This document shows, piece after piece, positions 1 to 12,600 of a stretch of DNA of 64,000 bases (positions within the stretch are counted from its first letter, which is position 1; each line of letters opens with the position of its first letter). Both the position numbers and the translations under genes were made by a program. Source of the stretch: Utricularia gibba (Eukaryota > Plantae > Magnoliophyta); NCBI GenBank assembly GCA_002189035.1, contig CM007989.1, positions 5,952,001-6,016,000 on the forward strand. Reading direction: 5' to 3'. The notes under the pieces were generated by a model. It was not told the DNA's origin. It ran no database searches and worked only from the letters and a program-made list of their open reading frames with translations.

Positions 1-243
1 AAGTGGAGTTAGTTAGTACCAAATTAAAAATATTAAATAAAAAAGATGTAAAATATAAATTAAAAATGAATAATTTGGACTATAAATCATGCATTTTTTC
101 ACGAGTTATTCGGGTAACTTGTTGAGTCGAAAATCACCGACTCAACTCGTACCTATTTTTCACAAGTACGAGTAACTCATACCCATTACATACGGGTCGA
201 CTTGCGATCAACTCGGGTTGACCCGTACCCATGCCCAAATCTA
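1..243. mobile_element. Right terminus of a hAT-like DNA transposon, truncated by the window edge
   Basis: Ends TGCCCAAATCTA (232-243), similar to the TIR of the hAT at 9611-15426. Preceded by clustered ACCCG/CGGGT/ACTCG subterminal motifs. The left end is outside the window. Confidence 0.5.
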
Positions 244-1401
244 TGCTAAATGTTTCATATTTTTTGTGGTCTCTTTCTTATATGGTTTTCTGTTGAAATG
301 ACATCGATTTTTCTACATTCTTCTCTTATTAATTGCATGTGATTCAATGTATTGAATGCTAAAAAAGTCTATTTCAGGTGACCAAAGGGTGGGGGAGTAC
401 TAGAGGTTGTGATCCAAGCCTTAGGGAAATGAGTCATAAGGGTAGCCATTTTGGGTGTCTTCCATACGCCTGCTTTAAATTGTTGATGAGGCTGGTGTCG
501 GTTTTAAGATTAATGTCATGCACATTTACTTTTGTCATGTGATGATGAACTTAGGTAGCTACGTGTGGGACTGTGTAGAAAAACTCAACTATGTTTTCTT
601 GTAACTTATATTAATATCTTGTATTTAACTTGATGTTTTATAACTTTGTTGAGTTTTGTACGAGGTAATAGAATGTTATGGTCTCATGATTCTTCTTGTA
701 ATCATAGTATCAAGGCTCGAATCTAGAAAGATGTGGATTTAGGTCTTGGCATTTACATAGAAGGGAATGGACTCACAAAAGCCATGAGGAACCTCCAAAG
801 TGAATTTGTTTGATTCATAATAGTACCATGCACGACACTAAGGACTATCATCTTAGAAGTATACTGCTTTAGGTTGAAGATGAGGAATGTGACTATGCAG
901 AAATTTTTTCCCCATAGAAAAAGCATTCTGTTATGTGGAATGAAAATACTCTCTTATACTTGAAATTGTGATACCTAATGAGATTATCCATCATTCTCCC
1001 TCACCACTAAGTTAAATTAGAAAAACTCGGCTAATGAAATCAGAGTAAGGATTACCTTGCCCAAGGAGGTTAAACCCTACCCATGAGGTCGTAGCATATA
1101 GGGTAAAAGGTCAAAGAGGGTAAACCCTACCTCTTAATAGTCTAATCGGTAACCTAGCTCCCTATCGATATATATTTGAGCGGGGCACCCAATGAACTTG
1201 ATCTATGAGTTGAAGTTGCAATTTCAAGTACATTACTATGGGCTCCTAAAGTCGCACCTCAGCTACATTCAAGTGTTCCTGCTCATGCAGAGGATTCAAT
1301 GTGTGAACTAAGGATGAAGTCAAGTCGAAATCTGAGTAAGAGGAAATGGTTGTTTGATAAAAGAAATCACGCTCCAACCAAGCCTATATCGAGAGTTTGA
1401 T

Positions 1402-1893
1402 TGTCATGGAGCTTATGATTCAGACCACCTTCACAATCCACCTTCGCCTTGCACGCTATTTTTCACTTTGGGCATGCAACCCTCATGATTTTACATTCTT
1501 TCCTTCTGGAGAAAAGGTCTCGTACAAGATTAAGAGGATCCCTCTATTTAAACACCTCCTCTTCCCCATCTATAACCAATATGGGATATCGTAACTGTCA
1601 CAAGACCCATATCCTTACATTCTTCCCCTCTTAGACACTTAGCATCCTCATTAAGTATCACCTCATCCCACTGACACAAGCTCGAGTGTGACCCTAATAT
1701 CAAATGTCATGGCCTACCCTCGTCTCTTACAATGTTGTACGCTTTGGGCACCCAACCCTCATGGTTTTACATAATCCCATTTCGAGAGAAAAACCTCATA
1801 CAAGATTAAAAGAGTCATTCTATTTAAGCACATCTCCTTTCTCGTCCCTAACCAATGTGGGATACCATAACCATCACAAAGCCCCTAGACCCA
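1402..1893 (-). mobile_element. TRIM (terminal-repeat retrotransposon in miniature), degenerate
   Basis: Two ~190-220 bp direct repeats (~1402-1619, 1705-1893) flank an 85-bp non-coding core. On the minus strand the core has a degenerate Met PBS (TGATATTAGGGT, 1691-1702) and PPT CTAAGAGGGGAAGAA (1620-1634), followed by LTR start TGTAAGG. Confidence 0.7.
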
Positions 1894-1903
1894 CACTAAG
1901 TTT

Positions 1904-2072
1904 CTAAGAGGGGAAGAATGTAAGGCTAGGGACCTTGTGACAATTATAGTATCTCACATTGGTTACGGATGGGGAAGATGATGTGTTTAAATAGAGAGGC
2001 CCTCCTGATCTTGCATGAAGTACTTTTCCCTAAAATGGTAGAACGTAAAACTGTAAGGATAGGGTACTGATA
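1904..2072 (+). mobile_element. Partial TRIM copy (PPT + LTR), inverted relative to 1402-1893
   Basis: CTAAGAGGGGAAGAA followed by TGTAAGG (LTR start 1919), then the reverse complement of the TRIM LTR motifs (TCTCACATTGGTTA..GATGGGGAAGA..TGTTTAAATAGAG). Confidence 0.65.
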
Positions 2073-2249
2073 GCACACAAATTTTCCTTTTTTTAGGATA
2101 AGAAAATTATGACTTTTTAATTATATTTTAGATATTTATTCTATGATTTTAAGTATTTTGGAAAAATTAAGAGAATAATATGATTTTTGTATGTTAGTGA
2201 ACTAAATCCTTTGATTTAGCCCATCCTATGTTCTAATCCATTTGTGAAC

Positions 2250-3185
2250 CAGTGGCAAAGTCTAAGATTATTGCAAAACAAGTATTTCGCACAACCATCC
2301 AGTTCGTAGAAGGATCAGTATAAAAGAAGGGATAATGAGTGCACTGTTACTATAGCAAACTGCAAGTCAAAGATAGGAGTAGTACGATTGTCAGAAAATC
2401 ATACTTTCTTTGGGAAAAGAAAAATAGGATATTTTTGAAAAAAAAAGAGTAGCAAGCAAAGAACACATACATGGAGAAGCTTAAGGAGGAACAAGAAACT
2501 GGGATGAAGACGATTTTTCTAGGAGAGCCTCAAACTTGAAGAACAGTATCAAGAACCCAATTTAGTGCTACTGTTCCGAAATGTGAACAATAGTAGACGG
2601 GAATCAGAATTATTTCTTTTTGTTTTTAGTTTGCTAAATATTTAGTTCCTATACAGTTAATCTTACAATGTTTATGATGTTTACTTTAGTTTATCTCAAT
2701 AAGCTATTGCTTTCATATAAGTAGCTAAACTTAAGGATGCCTAATGGTGCGAGAAGGACGATGTGGATTAGTGTTCATAAGATAATTGATCATTGTGTCT
2801 TTAGCTTTTATTTCTATCATTTCTCAAGTAGATCAAAGGGGGGAAACAAACAGATTCACAACTCAGATGCTTGATTTAGAGGTGGACCAACAAATCAAAA
2901 AAGGATAATAAGTGTTAGTCTTGGGTAGAACTATTAGAGATAGATAGACCTAATTTTACATATTTTACATAATGATATTAAGAGCTACCTTAATTAAAAA
3001 TATGATAAATAACCTGGGTAGACTTAAACTGTTTGAAGTTAAAAGTATAGAAACATTGTAGATTAAAAAAACATTTTAGTACTACATTACTTTGACCACT
3101 TTGAGGCATTTTAGTATTATTTTATGCTTAGAACTTGTATTTCTTACTATCTACATTAAGATTTAATCTTAGTTACTGAACTTAC
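2250..3185 (+). mobile_element. Probable degenerate Gypsy (Athila-like) LTR remnant
   Basis: Non-coding, with Athila-LTR-like motifs (CATATAAGTAGCTAAAC, GATAGATAGACCTAAT). No termini or TSD found. Confidence 0.25.
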
Positions 3186-3642
3186 TGTTAGGTTTTTCGC
3201 AGACATCGCATTTCAAAAAAGCAGCAAAATTTAAAAAATTTCGAGAAACCCAAACCAAATCTTGGAATACAGTATACATCAGATAAGGCGATTATGAGAA
3301 TACTTTTTAGTTGACTCCAATGTTCACCAACTGCCAATAGTAGACGGCTCTATGATATCCACATGTGAAATACTTCGTTGATAACCTTTTCAAGACCACA
3401 AAATGATGGTCGATCTCCTCAAGTGCTAGTAGAAAAAATCGCCCCCTTACAAATCAATCTCAGAGAGAACGAAGATCTTGATATCTCTGTGGATCAAATC
3501 TTTTTGATAGATTTGTCAACATATGTAATCAAATCTTTTTGATAGATTTATCAATGATATAAATTTGATCACAATTCAAAATAAATATCAAAAGATAAGA
3601 TTTGTCAATGAGTTGATTATCTCTAGAACACATACACCAACA
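3186..3642 (-). mobile_element. Internally deleted Angela-like Copia solo LTR
   Basis: Minus strand starts TGTTGGTGTATGTGTTCTAGAG and ends AAACCTAACA. Both ends align to the 1504-bp LTR at 57257-58760, with about 1 kb of the middle missing. No matching TSD. Confidence 0.75.
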
Positions 3643-4129
3643 ATTGAGTACCGCTGTTAGTTTGGCATTGGACTAAGAATACAATTTATTCTTCAAATTT
3701 TCATCTACTAAAACACATAGCAAATACTTGCTCTTTGATCGATCCCGAAATTTCACTATATATCTTATGTTTAATTTGTATTTTGTAAAGATTAAGACTT
3801 TTAAATTTATTTGATACATAAATTTTATTTTATTGCAATAATATTCAAAAATTTTCATTTATTAGGTACTTAAAATAGACAATACCATGCAAGGCAAGGG
3901 TGAGTCATGATTAAGTCTACGAGCTACATTGTGTTGCTTCTCTAGCATAGTTTGATGGGAGTCAGTGGCTTTTACCCTAAATGAGGGGGATATTATGCCA
4001 CTAATAGAGGAAAATTTCATTTAAATATAGTAAAAAGAGAAGTATCATCTTGTCACCCTACAATAAGGATTGGGTTTATGGTGAAGGAGATCACTCAAAA
4101 AAGCCGAAGCAACTTCTCCAGAATTGTAA

Positions 4130-4700
4130 GTTTCTAGGTGATCATTGATAGTTTTTCCTTCATGTTCTTTGTGAAAACCTTTCTCCTTGTGTGTGAGCAT
4201 CTCCATTTTTCTTGTAACACTTTCTTTTGAAATCCAAGAACTTTGGATGGATTCACTACTTTGGACACTCGATCTACATATTGTTTCACAATTTTCATAA
4301 GCTTGCATCCACAAACTCTCAAGCTCATTTTTCGTGGTGGGTGATATCCAACTCTTTGGTAAGTTTATCACTTAAAAAATTCAAATTTGAGTTGCACTCA
4401 TATGCTTCTAGCTAGCTCACACATCAACATTTGAGAGGTGATCAATCGATGAAGACCAAAAAAGATGACAACTTTGGCCATGTCTTTCCTAGAGAGTGGT
4501 TCTTCATACTTGCCACTGTTGCTACCAAATTTGTTGCTTTCTCGGTTACAAGAGCATCAATTTCTACTACATTCCGTAACTTGGCAAAACCCAAATAGGC
4601 CTTCATATGCGGCACCGGCACTACATGGTTGATGCCATTAAATTTTCATATTTACATATACAATGTTGCATCCATGTGGGCTGCCTATTGAAATGAAAAT
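4130..4700 (-). mobile_element. Degenerate Copia gag (UBN2-type) remnant
   Basis: Frameshifted pieces FNGINH...HMKAYLG, KNELESLWMQ and VKQYVDRVSKVVNPSKVLG...VLQEK resemble Copia gag motifs (FDG.NY..W..KMKAYL; EFE.LKM..E.VK.Y..RV..VVN.I..LG). Confidence 0.55.
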
Positions 4701-6208
4701 TTGCCAACCATGCGTCAGATATTGAAACCAATCAATGAATATCTGTATTTTCATTGACTTTGATGGTAGCTAAATTGAAGCAATTGTGAATGAGTTCAAA
4801 GTACTTAATTGCACAAAATGCCAAAAAAATGCTGAATTATGCTTCTAGAGTATGAAGCTTTTCGATTCTTAGTACTTAAACAGCTACAAAAGGAAGAGAT
4901 TAAATATAAAAATATAAGAAACATAACTAAGTGCAAGGATAGGAAATATGATCATAGGAACATGACAAGACATGATATTGGTTAAGGAAGTGTGCTGATT
5001 ATGGACGGTAATTCCTTTAGGTGTCACAAATTAAAGGTTTTCAGCATCAAAAATATTTGTATGCTGAATATATAATCCACAAATATTCTACATAAAAATA
5101 AATACAATATTTTTGGTGCACACTATCGAGAAAATTAAGTAAATCCCTACTCTAATTGAGCTGAATGAAAGTAACCATCAATAACATAAATTGAGGAGGC
5201 ATCTAGCTAAAATGGTAGTCATGATTTAACAAGAACATGCATCAAATAAGGCATAAGTGAGCAATTTTCTAATTTATTACTGTAGCATTCAAGGCTATTT
5301 CTACATTTGAAGGATAATTAAAAACAACTAACTAAAGCAAGTAACTAAAGAAACAGAGAAAATGTGCAGTCATAAAGTTAAACTAAAGCTCAAAAAATTC
5401 AAAAAAAAGTCTTAGAAATTCTTCTTTTGCAATTTGTCTTCGATGTAAAGATTTTCCTTTCAACTATTCTTTCCAATAGGTGAACATTATCACTCTCCAG
5501 TTGCTTCAGCTTTGTCACAACTTCTTTCGTAGCACAGAATGGTGGTTTCACTGTCTCACCAAAAGTATGATGTTCTTCTACTATCTCTATTCTTCTCCTC
5601 TGAAAGTCATGAGAAATTCTTCTTCTCCAAGGAAAGCCCCCCCTTTTCATCTCTAGACCTTTCCTCCAAAATCACTCTCCCTTTGCATTCTGATTTTTTT
5701 TTTTTTGATTATTCTTGCAATCAGATCATGTCAATCTGACTCTCATTATAACAATTAGAGTTGTCAGTATCTTTCTTTTTGGATGCAACAAAATGCTGAC
5801 CCTTGCTCAAAGAGTATTCTTTTTTCTTAATTTAGCTTCACCATAGACTTGTAATTCTACTTTTGCTCATATTCTAAAAATATCCTTGTAAATTGGTTAG
5901 ATTTTGCAGCCCGGCTGAAATGGGCCAGACGTGCATAGGCTTGAAAAACAATAAGCCCACTTTGACTTCGAACTAAATGGAAATTGTGTAAGTTCACATT
6001 TTTACCGAGAAAATTATGACCAATGCGTTTTTGAGTATTTTCCTATCCTAACTCATTATTTAAATGCTATTATCACTAACACAGTAAAAAAAAATACACC
6101 AAAATAAAACCCATCACTCATAAATTTGAGCGTGGATAGAGCATGCTGCGTCCTCTAGGTTACTCCATGTTGCCTAATGTCACTAATGTCCAACACATTC
6201 AAACTCAA

Positions 6209-6760
6209 ATGTTGGAAAATCAAGGGAACGTGAAAACACAAAAACAAATCTCTGTGAGTGTGCGAAAATCCATGAATTATTGTTGGAAAATAACCTATGC
6301 AAGAGCATTCATCTTATGATACACTAAAAGAAATCTATGTTAGCGGACTAAGTCGTGAAAACATAAGTAGTTTACCATCTTTATTGGATGGAATATACTT
6401 GCTAACATGTGTGAAATCAACAACCAAGAGATTTTAGACTTTGATACTGATATTACTTCCATGGTTACATGTTTGCTTTTTCCAAAAATACCATGAACGT
6501 GACTCCTCATCAACTAGTTAGTCACACCGATTTCTTCTATAGAATACCGGCTTTATCACGGCCTCAATCCTACATATTTCACAGCTTAGAAAAAAAAAAT
6601 AGACGAATGATTCACGAAAAGTTGCCAATGAAAGATGGGAGTAAATGTGCGATGGATAGCGTCTATGGCCACGGAACACAAGGACAGCAATCCTGTCCCT
6701 CTTGCTTTCGGCATTCAGCAACAAGTATATCTATAGATCTATGAAATGCTTTTATGTTTA
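6209..6760 (-). mobile_element. Possible LTR fragment (3' end)
   Basis: Minus strand ends ...CCGCTAACATAG...TTTTCCAACA at 6281, with a similar TGTTGGAAAA at 6209, typical of Copia LTR 3' ends. No partner LTR or TSD. Confidence 0.3.
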
Positions 6761-7174
6761 TAACCAATACCCTAAAAAATAAATAACAGAAAATTGCCGT
6801 AGTATTAATTTCTGTGTTGGGCTTACGGTTTTGTGATTCAAAGTGACATGAAATTAAAGCTTAACACGAAAATGACTAGAGGAATAAAGAACATGGAGTA
6901 ATTGGTTTCCAAAAACGGAGTCTTTTGGCAGGAGGAGGTTCCATTATTAGTATGCATTGGACAAACATGGGGAACATGCACAGCTTAATACCACCGAATG
7001 GGATCCTCAGTTTCTGGGTTAGAATTCGATGCCATCTGCCAAAAGAAACATCACTCTCTCTCACACATTCAACGTACCTTACTTCCCAATCTCTTTATTA
7101 TCATCATTGCTGATCATCATTCAGCACTTCCTCCTCCTTCAACAGTCATCTCTGTTTTTCCTTAGAGAGCAGCA

Positions 7175-7825
7175 ATGGAGAGCAGTTCCAACTCGAAGCA
7201 TGATGAATTTGTGGGAAGACAAGTGAAGCCGTTTGATCGCCTCACGTCGGGAGGGTATTCGTGGGCCGAATGCGATCATACTTCTTTGCAAGATGATGAT
7301 CTCGTTGCGGCTGGGTTTTCATGGCCCCCTAGAAGCTACTCTTGCAGTTTTTGCAAGAGGGAATTCAGATCTGCTCAGGCACTCGGTGGCCACATGAACG
7401 TGCACCGGAGGGATCGGGCTCGACTTCGGCTCTCACCGGAGCTACCAATGGATGCCGGTTGGTTTCTTTTTTTTTTTTTTTTCAAGTCAGAAACGATAAG
7501 CCAAAACTTTACCTCTGCCCTACTGGAAGCCCTAGCTTGTTTGTCCTTTCTCACAGAGTTTCCAAAATTTAAACGCAAGTTGGTTGAGGCAGTGAGAATA
7601 CGCCACGACCATTTAACTATGGCGACCAATGACAGGATGAGAAGCGAGATGAACACTCCAACAGGGCATTTTGCTGTCGAAAAAGAGTGTCTGTTTGAGG
7701 GAGAGAAAAAGGCTTGTGAGATCTGGAAGAGGCGTGCATTTGATGGATTGGAGTTGAAGATGGGGGTGATTGATGAGTCAAAAGAGGAGTTGGATTTGGA
7801 GCTCAGGCTTGGATGCAATAATTAA
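7175..7825 (+). CDS. SUPERMAN/RABBIT EARS/ZFP11-like single C2H2 zinc-finger repressor (216 aa, intronless)
   Basis: [35 protein letters not shown] (plant QALGGH finger) and C-terminal EAR motif LDLELRLG in one ORF. Confidence 0.92.
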   Translation: MESSSNSKHDEFVGRQVKPFDRLTSGGYSWAECDHTSLQDDDLVAAGFSWPPRSYSCSFCKREFRSAQALGGHMNVHRRDRARLRLSPELPMDAGWFLFFFFFKSETISQNFTSALLEALACLSFLTEFPKFKRKLVEAVRIRHDHLTMATNDRMRSEMNTPTGHFAVEKECLFEGEKKACEIWKRRAFDGLELKMGVIDESKEELDLELRLGCNN

Positions 7826-9610
7826 TTTCACTCTCATTTACTTCTTCAGCTCATTCATCAACACTTTCATGGACAACCATTTGCAACTATGAATCAATCG
7901 AAAGAACATTGCATGTGCTTTTTTGATTCTTATTGTAATCCTTGCAATGTGTAATCATGCTGTTACATGACTTTAAAATCGTGAAATGACTCATGATTCA
8001 TTCAACTTTATTCTCAAATTTTTTCATTAATTCCATTTTCTGTGAAAACTCACCTGTATTTTCTACAAATACAAAATGACAAACTTTTCGTGGTCTTTGT
8101 TGTGGAATTGATTGTGTAGATTTACTACGGAAAGAATGGACCTCCCATGTCATCTTGCTGGAAATTTTTATATGCTTCTATTAGTTTACTACTTTCACCA
8201 AGAAGATCTTGGGAGTTAATAATGTGCATTCGTAAACAAGGTACGAAGGGTAGGTAACTGATCTCGCTGTGTATATTTAACTAACGATGAGCGTTGGGGT
8301 ACTGAAGTAAATTCACATCAACTTATAAGTGAAGTCTACAAGTTTAACCATGTTATAAAGGTATATATTATATACCTATGGGCTTTTAGGGTGCCCTGCC
8401 CCACCGTGTACTGCCGGATGCGCGTAGTGCTCGGGAGGTCCTGCACATGTGCAGACCTGCACTGCTACTGCTAGGCAACACGAGACCGCCCCGATAGCCA
8501 TCAACTTGAGGGAATTTAGCAAAATACCCCATCTTTCAACAAAATTAGGTGAATAGCTTTTATTTATTTATTTGTTTTTTTCTAAATAATCATATTTAAT
8601 ATAAGAGAAAATAATAAAATAATAAATATATATTTATATATTAAAAATGACCATAAAGAACCCCCTACTGTGTATTAATAGAATGGAAAAAATAGCGCAA
8701 TAAGTAATCTTTGGTAATGAAAATATATTTTAGTGCACCAGTTTCGCTTTAGATCAAACAATAATTTTAAAAGAATATTGATTTAAATGTATACCTATTA
8801 TAGCATATAAATAATGACAAATTTCTTCAAAGTTGATCTATATTTTAAATCAAATATTCATCCTACATTCCATCAAGTATCACGTGAATAGTGAAATCAA
8901 TGAAATTATTACCAAAACAAAATGCACATTCTTTTACAAATGAAGTAATCATTGTACTTGGGAAATGAATGATAATGTAGATATGAAAAATGAAAAAGTT
9001 AAAAATAAGAATAAGTGTTTATATAATGAATAAGAGAATATATTAAAAAGTAAATTTAATATTTGAAAGTAAAATAAAAATTTATATAAAATATATGATA
9101 TTTATAAAAAATATTAAAATAAACTTATTTATTAAATTAATGAAATAATTGTTTGAGTTGCAATATTTATTTAAAACTCTAACAACATTTTTTATTTTTT
9201 TTATTAAATAGTGGCACTAATGTGTTTTATAAAACCCACATCCGTACCATTTACGTCATGCCCTCATGGTTTATATGTCACCGGAGTAAAAAGGAAGTTA
9301 GACCGATGACTTACGAAGCCTCAAGGTCGGACTGATTGACCTTATCTTAAGAAGCTATACGGCCCCTTATGGTGCGTGCTTGTGGGGACATGACATAAAT
9401 TTATTTATTTATTTTTTAGAATATAAACATTTGAAAATATATTTTATAAAATATTATATTATTTGAAATAAAAATTAAATTTTAAATGAAATTAAATTGA
9501 ATATAGTTATATTTTCGTATATAATGTTAAACGTATTATAAAAAATTTGAATTGATTTTTTAAAAGGGTAAATAATTAAATTATTTTATTTTTTAAAATA
9601 TATTATTTAT

Positions 9611-12600
9611 TAAGAGTGGGCATAGTCCAACCCAACTTGTTGATCAAGCCCAACTTGTTAATAATAGTTAAATATGTTATTCATAGATTATAAAGTGAGG
9701 TAATCCAAATAAATATGTGACCCGCAAAGGCCCAACCCAAATTTTAAAATTGACCTGCAAATTTTAAATAATATTACTAGTTATTATTCAATATTATTAA
9801 AAAATAAAAAAATGTCTTATCCCACAACTAACACTATTATGGTGCCCAACCCACACACATTTATTAATGAATATGTTTAATATTTTTTTAATTTTATAAT
9901 ATATTTTAATTTTATAATTTAAAATATTTGTAACTCTTTTACCCTACCCCCAGCCTACTCAATACCTAACAATCCATCTCGAGAATTCACCTATCATGAC
10001 ATCCACAATTTTATTAATCTTCTTGCTATAGTTTATAATGTACACAAGTTTTTTATACCTTTTTTTCATGAAGAATATATATTATATAACAATACTTCTA
10101 TAGTTGAAAGGAGTGATGATGATCACTTTGATATACATTTTTAATAGAAAAGCAATTCTATCAATTTTATTGTTTTGGCTACAATGATTAAAGATATTTT
10201 TACTCCTCAATGTCAACCATACCTTTGGAGAGTGCATTTAGTACAAGTGAGAGAATATTGACAAAGAAAAGGTCTAAGTTTGATCCTAATATATTGGATG
10301 ATTGTGTGTGCCTGAACAATTAGAATTATGCCAAAAAGATGAAACAAAAATTATGAACCAGGTTATTAAGAGTAGTATGAAGATCGAAATCTTGAAGAAC
10401 ATGAGTGCAACTATTCAATGCTAATACCACATTCTAATTGCAAAGGGTAAGAGTTTTATTTTATATATTTTTATTTTTATTGACTTTAAATTAATAAGTT
10501 AATTCTTGATAGGTATAGACAAATTACTTGATTTCATTCTGTAATACAGTATTCTTCCGTCACAAGTGAAGGCAAATCAATTAAATCACGAAATACCTAT
10601 TGAAGGTGCCATCGGCTGCCAAATCACCCTCCAAAAATGCTGATGTTTAACTTCCTTTTGGTCTTGTTTTTACTGCTTTTTTATTTGTTAATTCGGTTGT
10701 AATGGGTCATAAGCCCAGACCTATATATACACCATGTGTAATCGCAGAACACTTAAGAACTGGAAAAAATTTTCCAGCAATGTCGAGGACCCTCGAGCTC
10801 TTTTTCTTTTCTCTTTTGAACATGGTATCTAAGCCATAGGTTCATGATCTCGTTCCTGTGGATTTTCTTCCTTCTCGGTTCGTTTTGTACCTTCGTGACA
10901 TTCGTCAATCGCTGGAGCTCTTGATTCTAGATCTGCAGACGCTATGAGTGGGCAGAATGAAAGGGATTCCAGTCTCATAACAATTGCTCGTAATCCGATG
11001 CTTCTTTTGACAGCATCAAATAATCCTGGTACTACTTTGATCAATTTTCCACTCACTAGTACCAATTTCAGCGATTGGAGCCACATTATGAAGTTAGATT
11101 TGGATTGCAAAGATAAATTGGAATTTATCACTGGTGAGATTGTTATACCTAAGTATGATTCCCTTGAGTTCCGATTATGGCAAAAGGCTGATAGTATGGT
11201 GCATTCTTGGTTGTTGCGTGATATTTCTAATCTGATTCCTACTTTCAATAAGGCTCTTATTGCACGTGAAATGTGGATATTGCTAGAAACACATTTTGGC
11301 CAGCCAGGCAAATCGACTGTTTTTCATCTTTTTAAAGAGTTGTTTGTGTTGGAACAAGCAAGTATCGTTACAGAATATTATTTGAAAGTACAGACTCTAT
11401 GGCATGAAATCTCCAGCATTTTACCTATGTCTCAATGCAATAATTGTGGCACTGATTTGGATATGGATGGAGGCTTGGCTATGGTTCGTTTGATGCATTT
11501 CTTAGCAGGACTAAAGGACTCATATGACTCAACTACAAACTTCATATTATCTATGAAGCCAATACCTGCTTTAGAAGAAACATTTTCCATCGTCCTCAAT
11601 ATGGAGCCTGCTAGGGATAAGATGACAAATGTCATCGATTCAGCATTATTGAGTAAGGTGACTGATGATTTCAACACGACAGCATCTGTAGTTCAAAGGG
11701 GATAGATAAAAGATCAAGATTCTGTACAAAGTGCAACAAGAAGGTCACTTAAGGGAATCTTGTTTTAAAGGATTATCAGATGCGGAATTGCCAAATTAGT
11801 TCCTTGAATTTAAAAGGAAATCTGGGAGACAAACTTGTGGCAAGGCATCGAATCAAGCACATTGCGTGGAGAACATTACTCCCTCGGGTGTTGATACTTC
11901 AAGAGTATTGAATGTAGACACCACCTCTCTAATTAAACAAGAGATATTGAAGATACTTGGAATATCAAGACAAAATTTGGTTGGAGTTGGCGAATTCAGT
12001 GGTACTCGTTTTTCCTCTCATCTCTCACTAGGTGTTTTACGTGATTCATATGATTTACATGATTATACTAGTATTCATTGTGCTGCTGTTCAGCGTTCCT
12101 CTATTACTTTGTTTGAACATTATGTGAAGCCATATCAACATTGTGAATGGGTGGTTGACACTGGTGCTACAGCTCATATGTGCAATTCTTCATCCTTATT
12201 CGACACCCTCTTGCCTACCACTTTACATAGTTTTGTTTTCCTCCATGATGGATTAGCAAAGAACATCACCCATACCGGCATCATCAAACTACCCTCCACT
12301 CTCACCCTATCCTCATTTTGCTTGTCCCTTCCTATAGATTCAATTTAATTTATGTGAGTAAGCTAGTTGAAGTTGATATACAATTACTTTTTCATGGATC
12401 TTGTTGTCTTCTTCAAGACCTTCGATCTAACTCATTACTTGGGGTGGGAAGACTGAAAGCTGGGTTGTACATCATAGATGCCAATTCCTTCCATCCTCAA
12501 GTTTTAGCCACTTATTCTAAAGTCTTAAACCATGCTTTTCCGCCTACTACATGCGATTTTTTTTAGACATTGTGATGATATGATCAATAAAACCGATTGT

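Noticed and set aside
1402-2072. Cassandra-type TRIM carrying 5S rRNA sequence
   Set aside because: No 5S A/C-box-like sequence recognised in the LTRs.
7375-7818. 147-aa antisense ORF over the zinc-finger gene
   Set aside because: Shadow frame with no recognisable domain.
8509-8545. MULE-like TIR start GAGGGAATTTAGCAAAATACCCC
   Set aside because: No partner TIR or 9-bp TSD found, so no element could be delimited.
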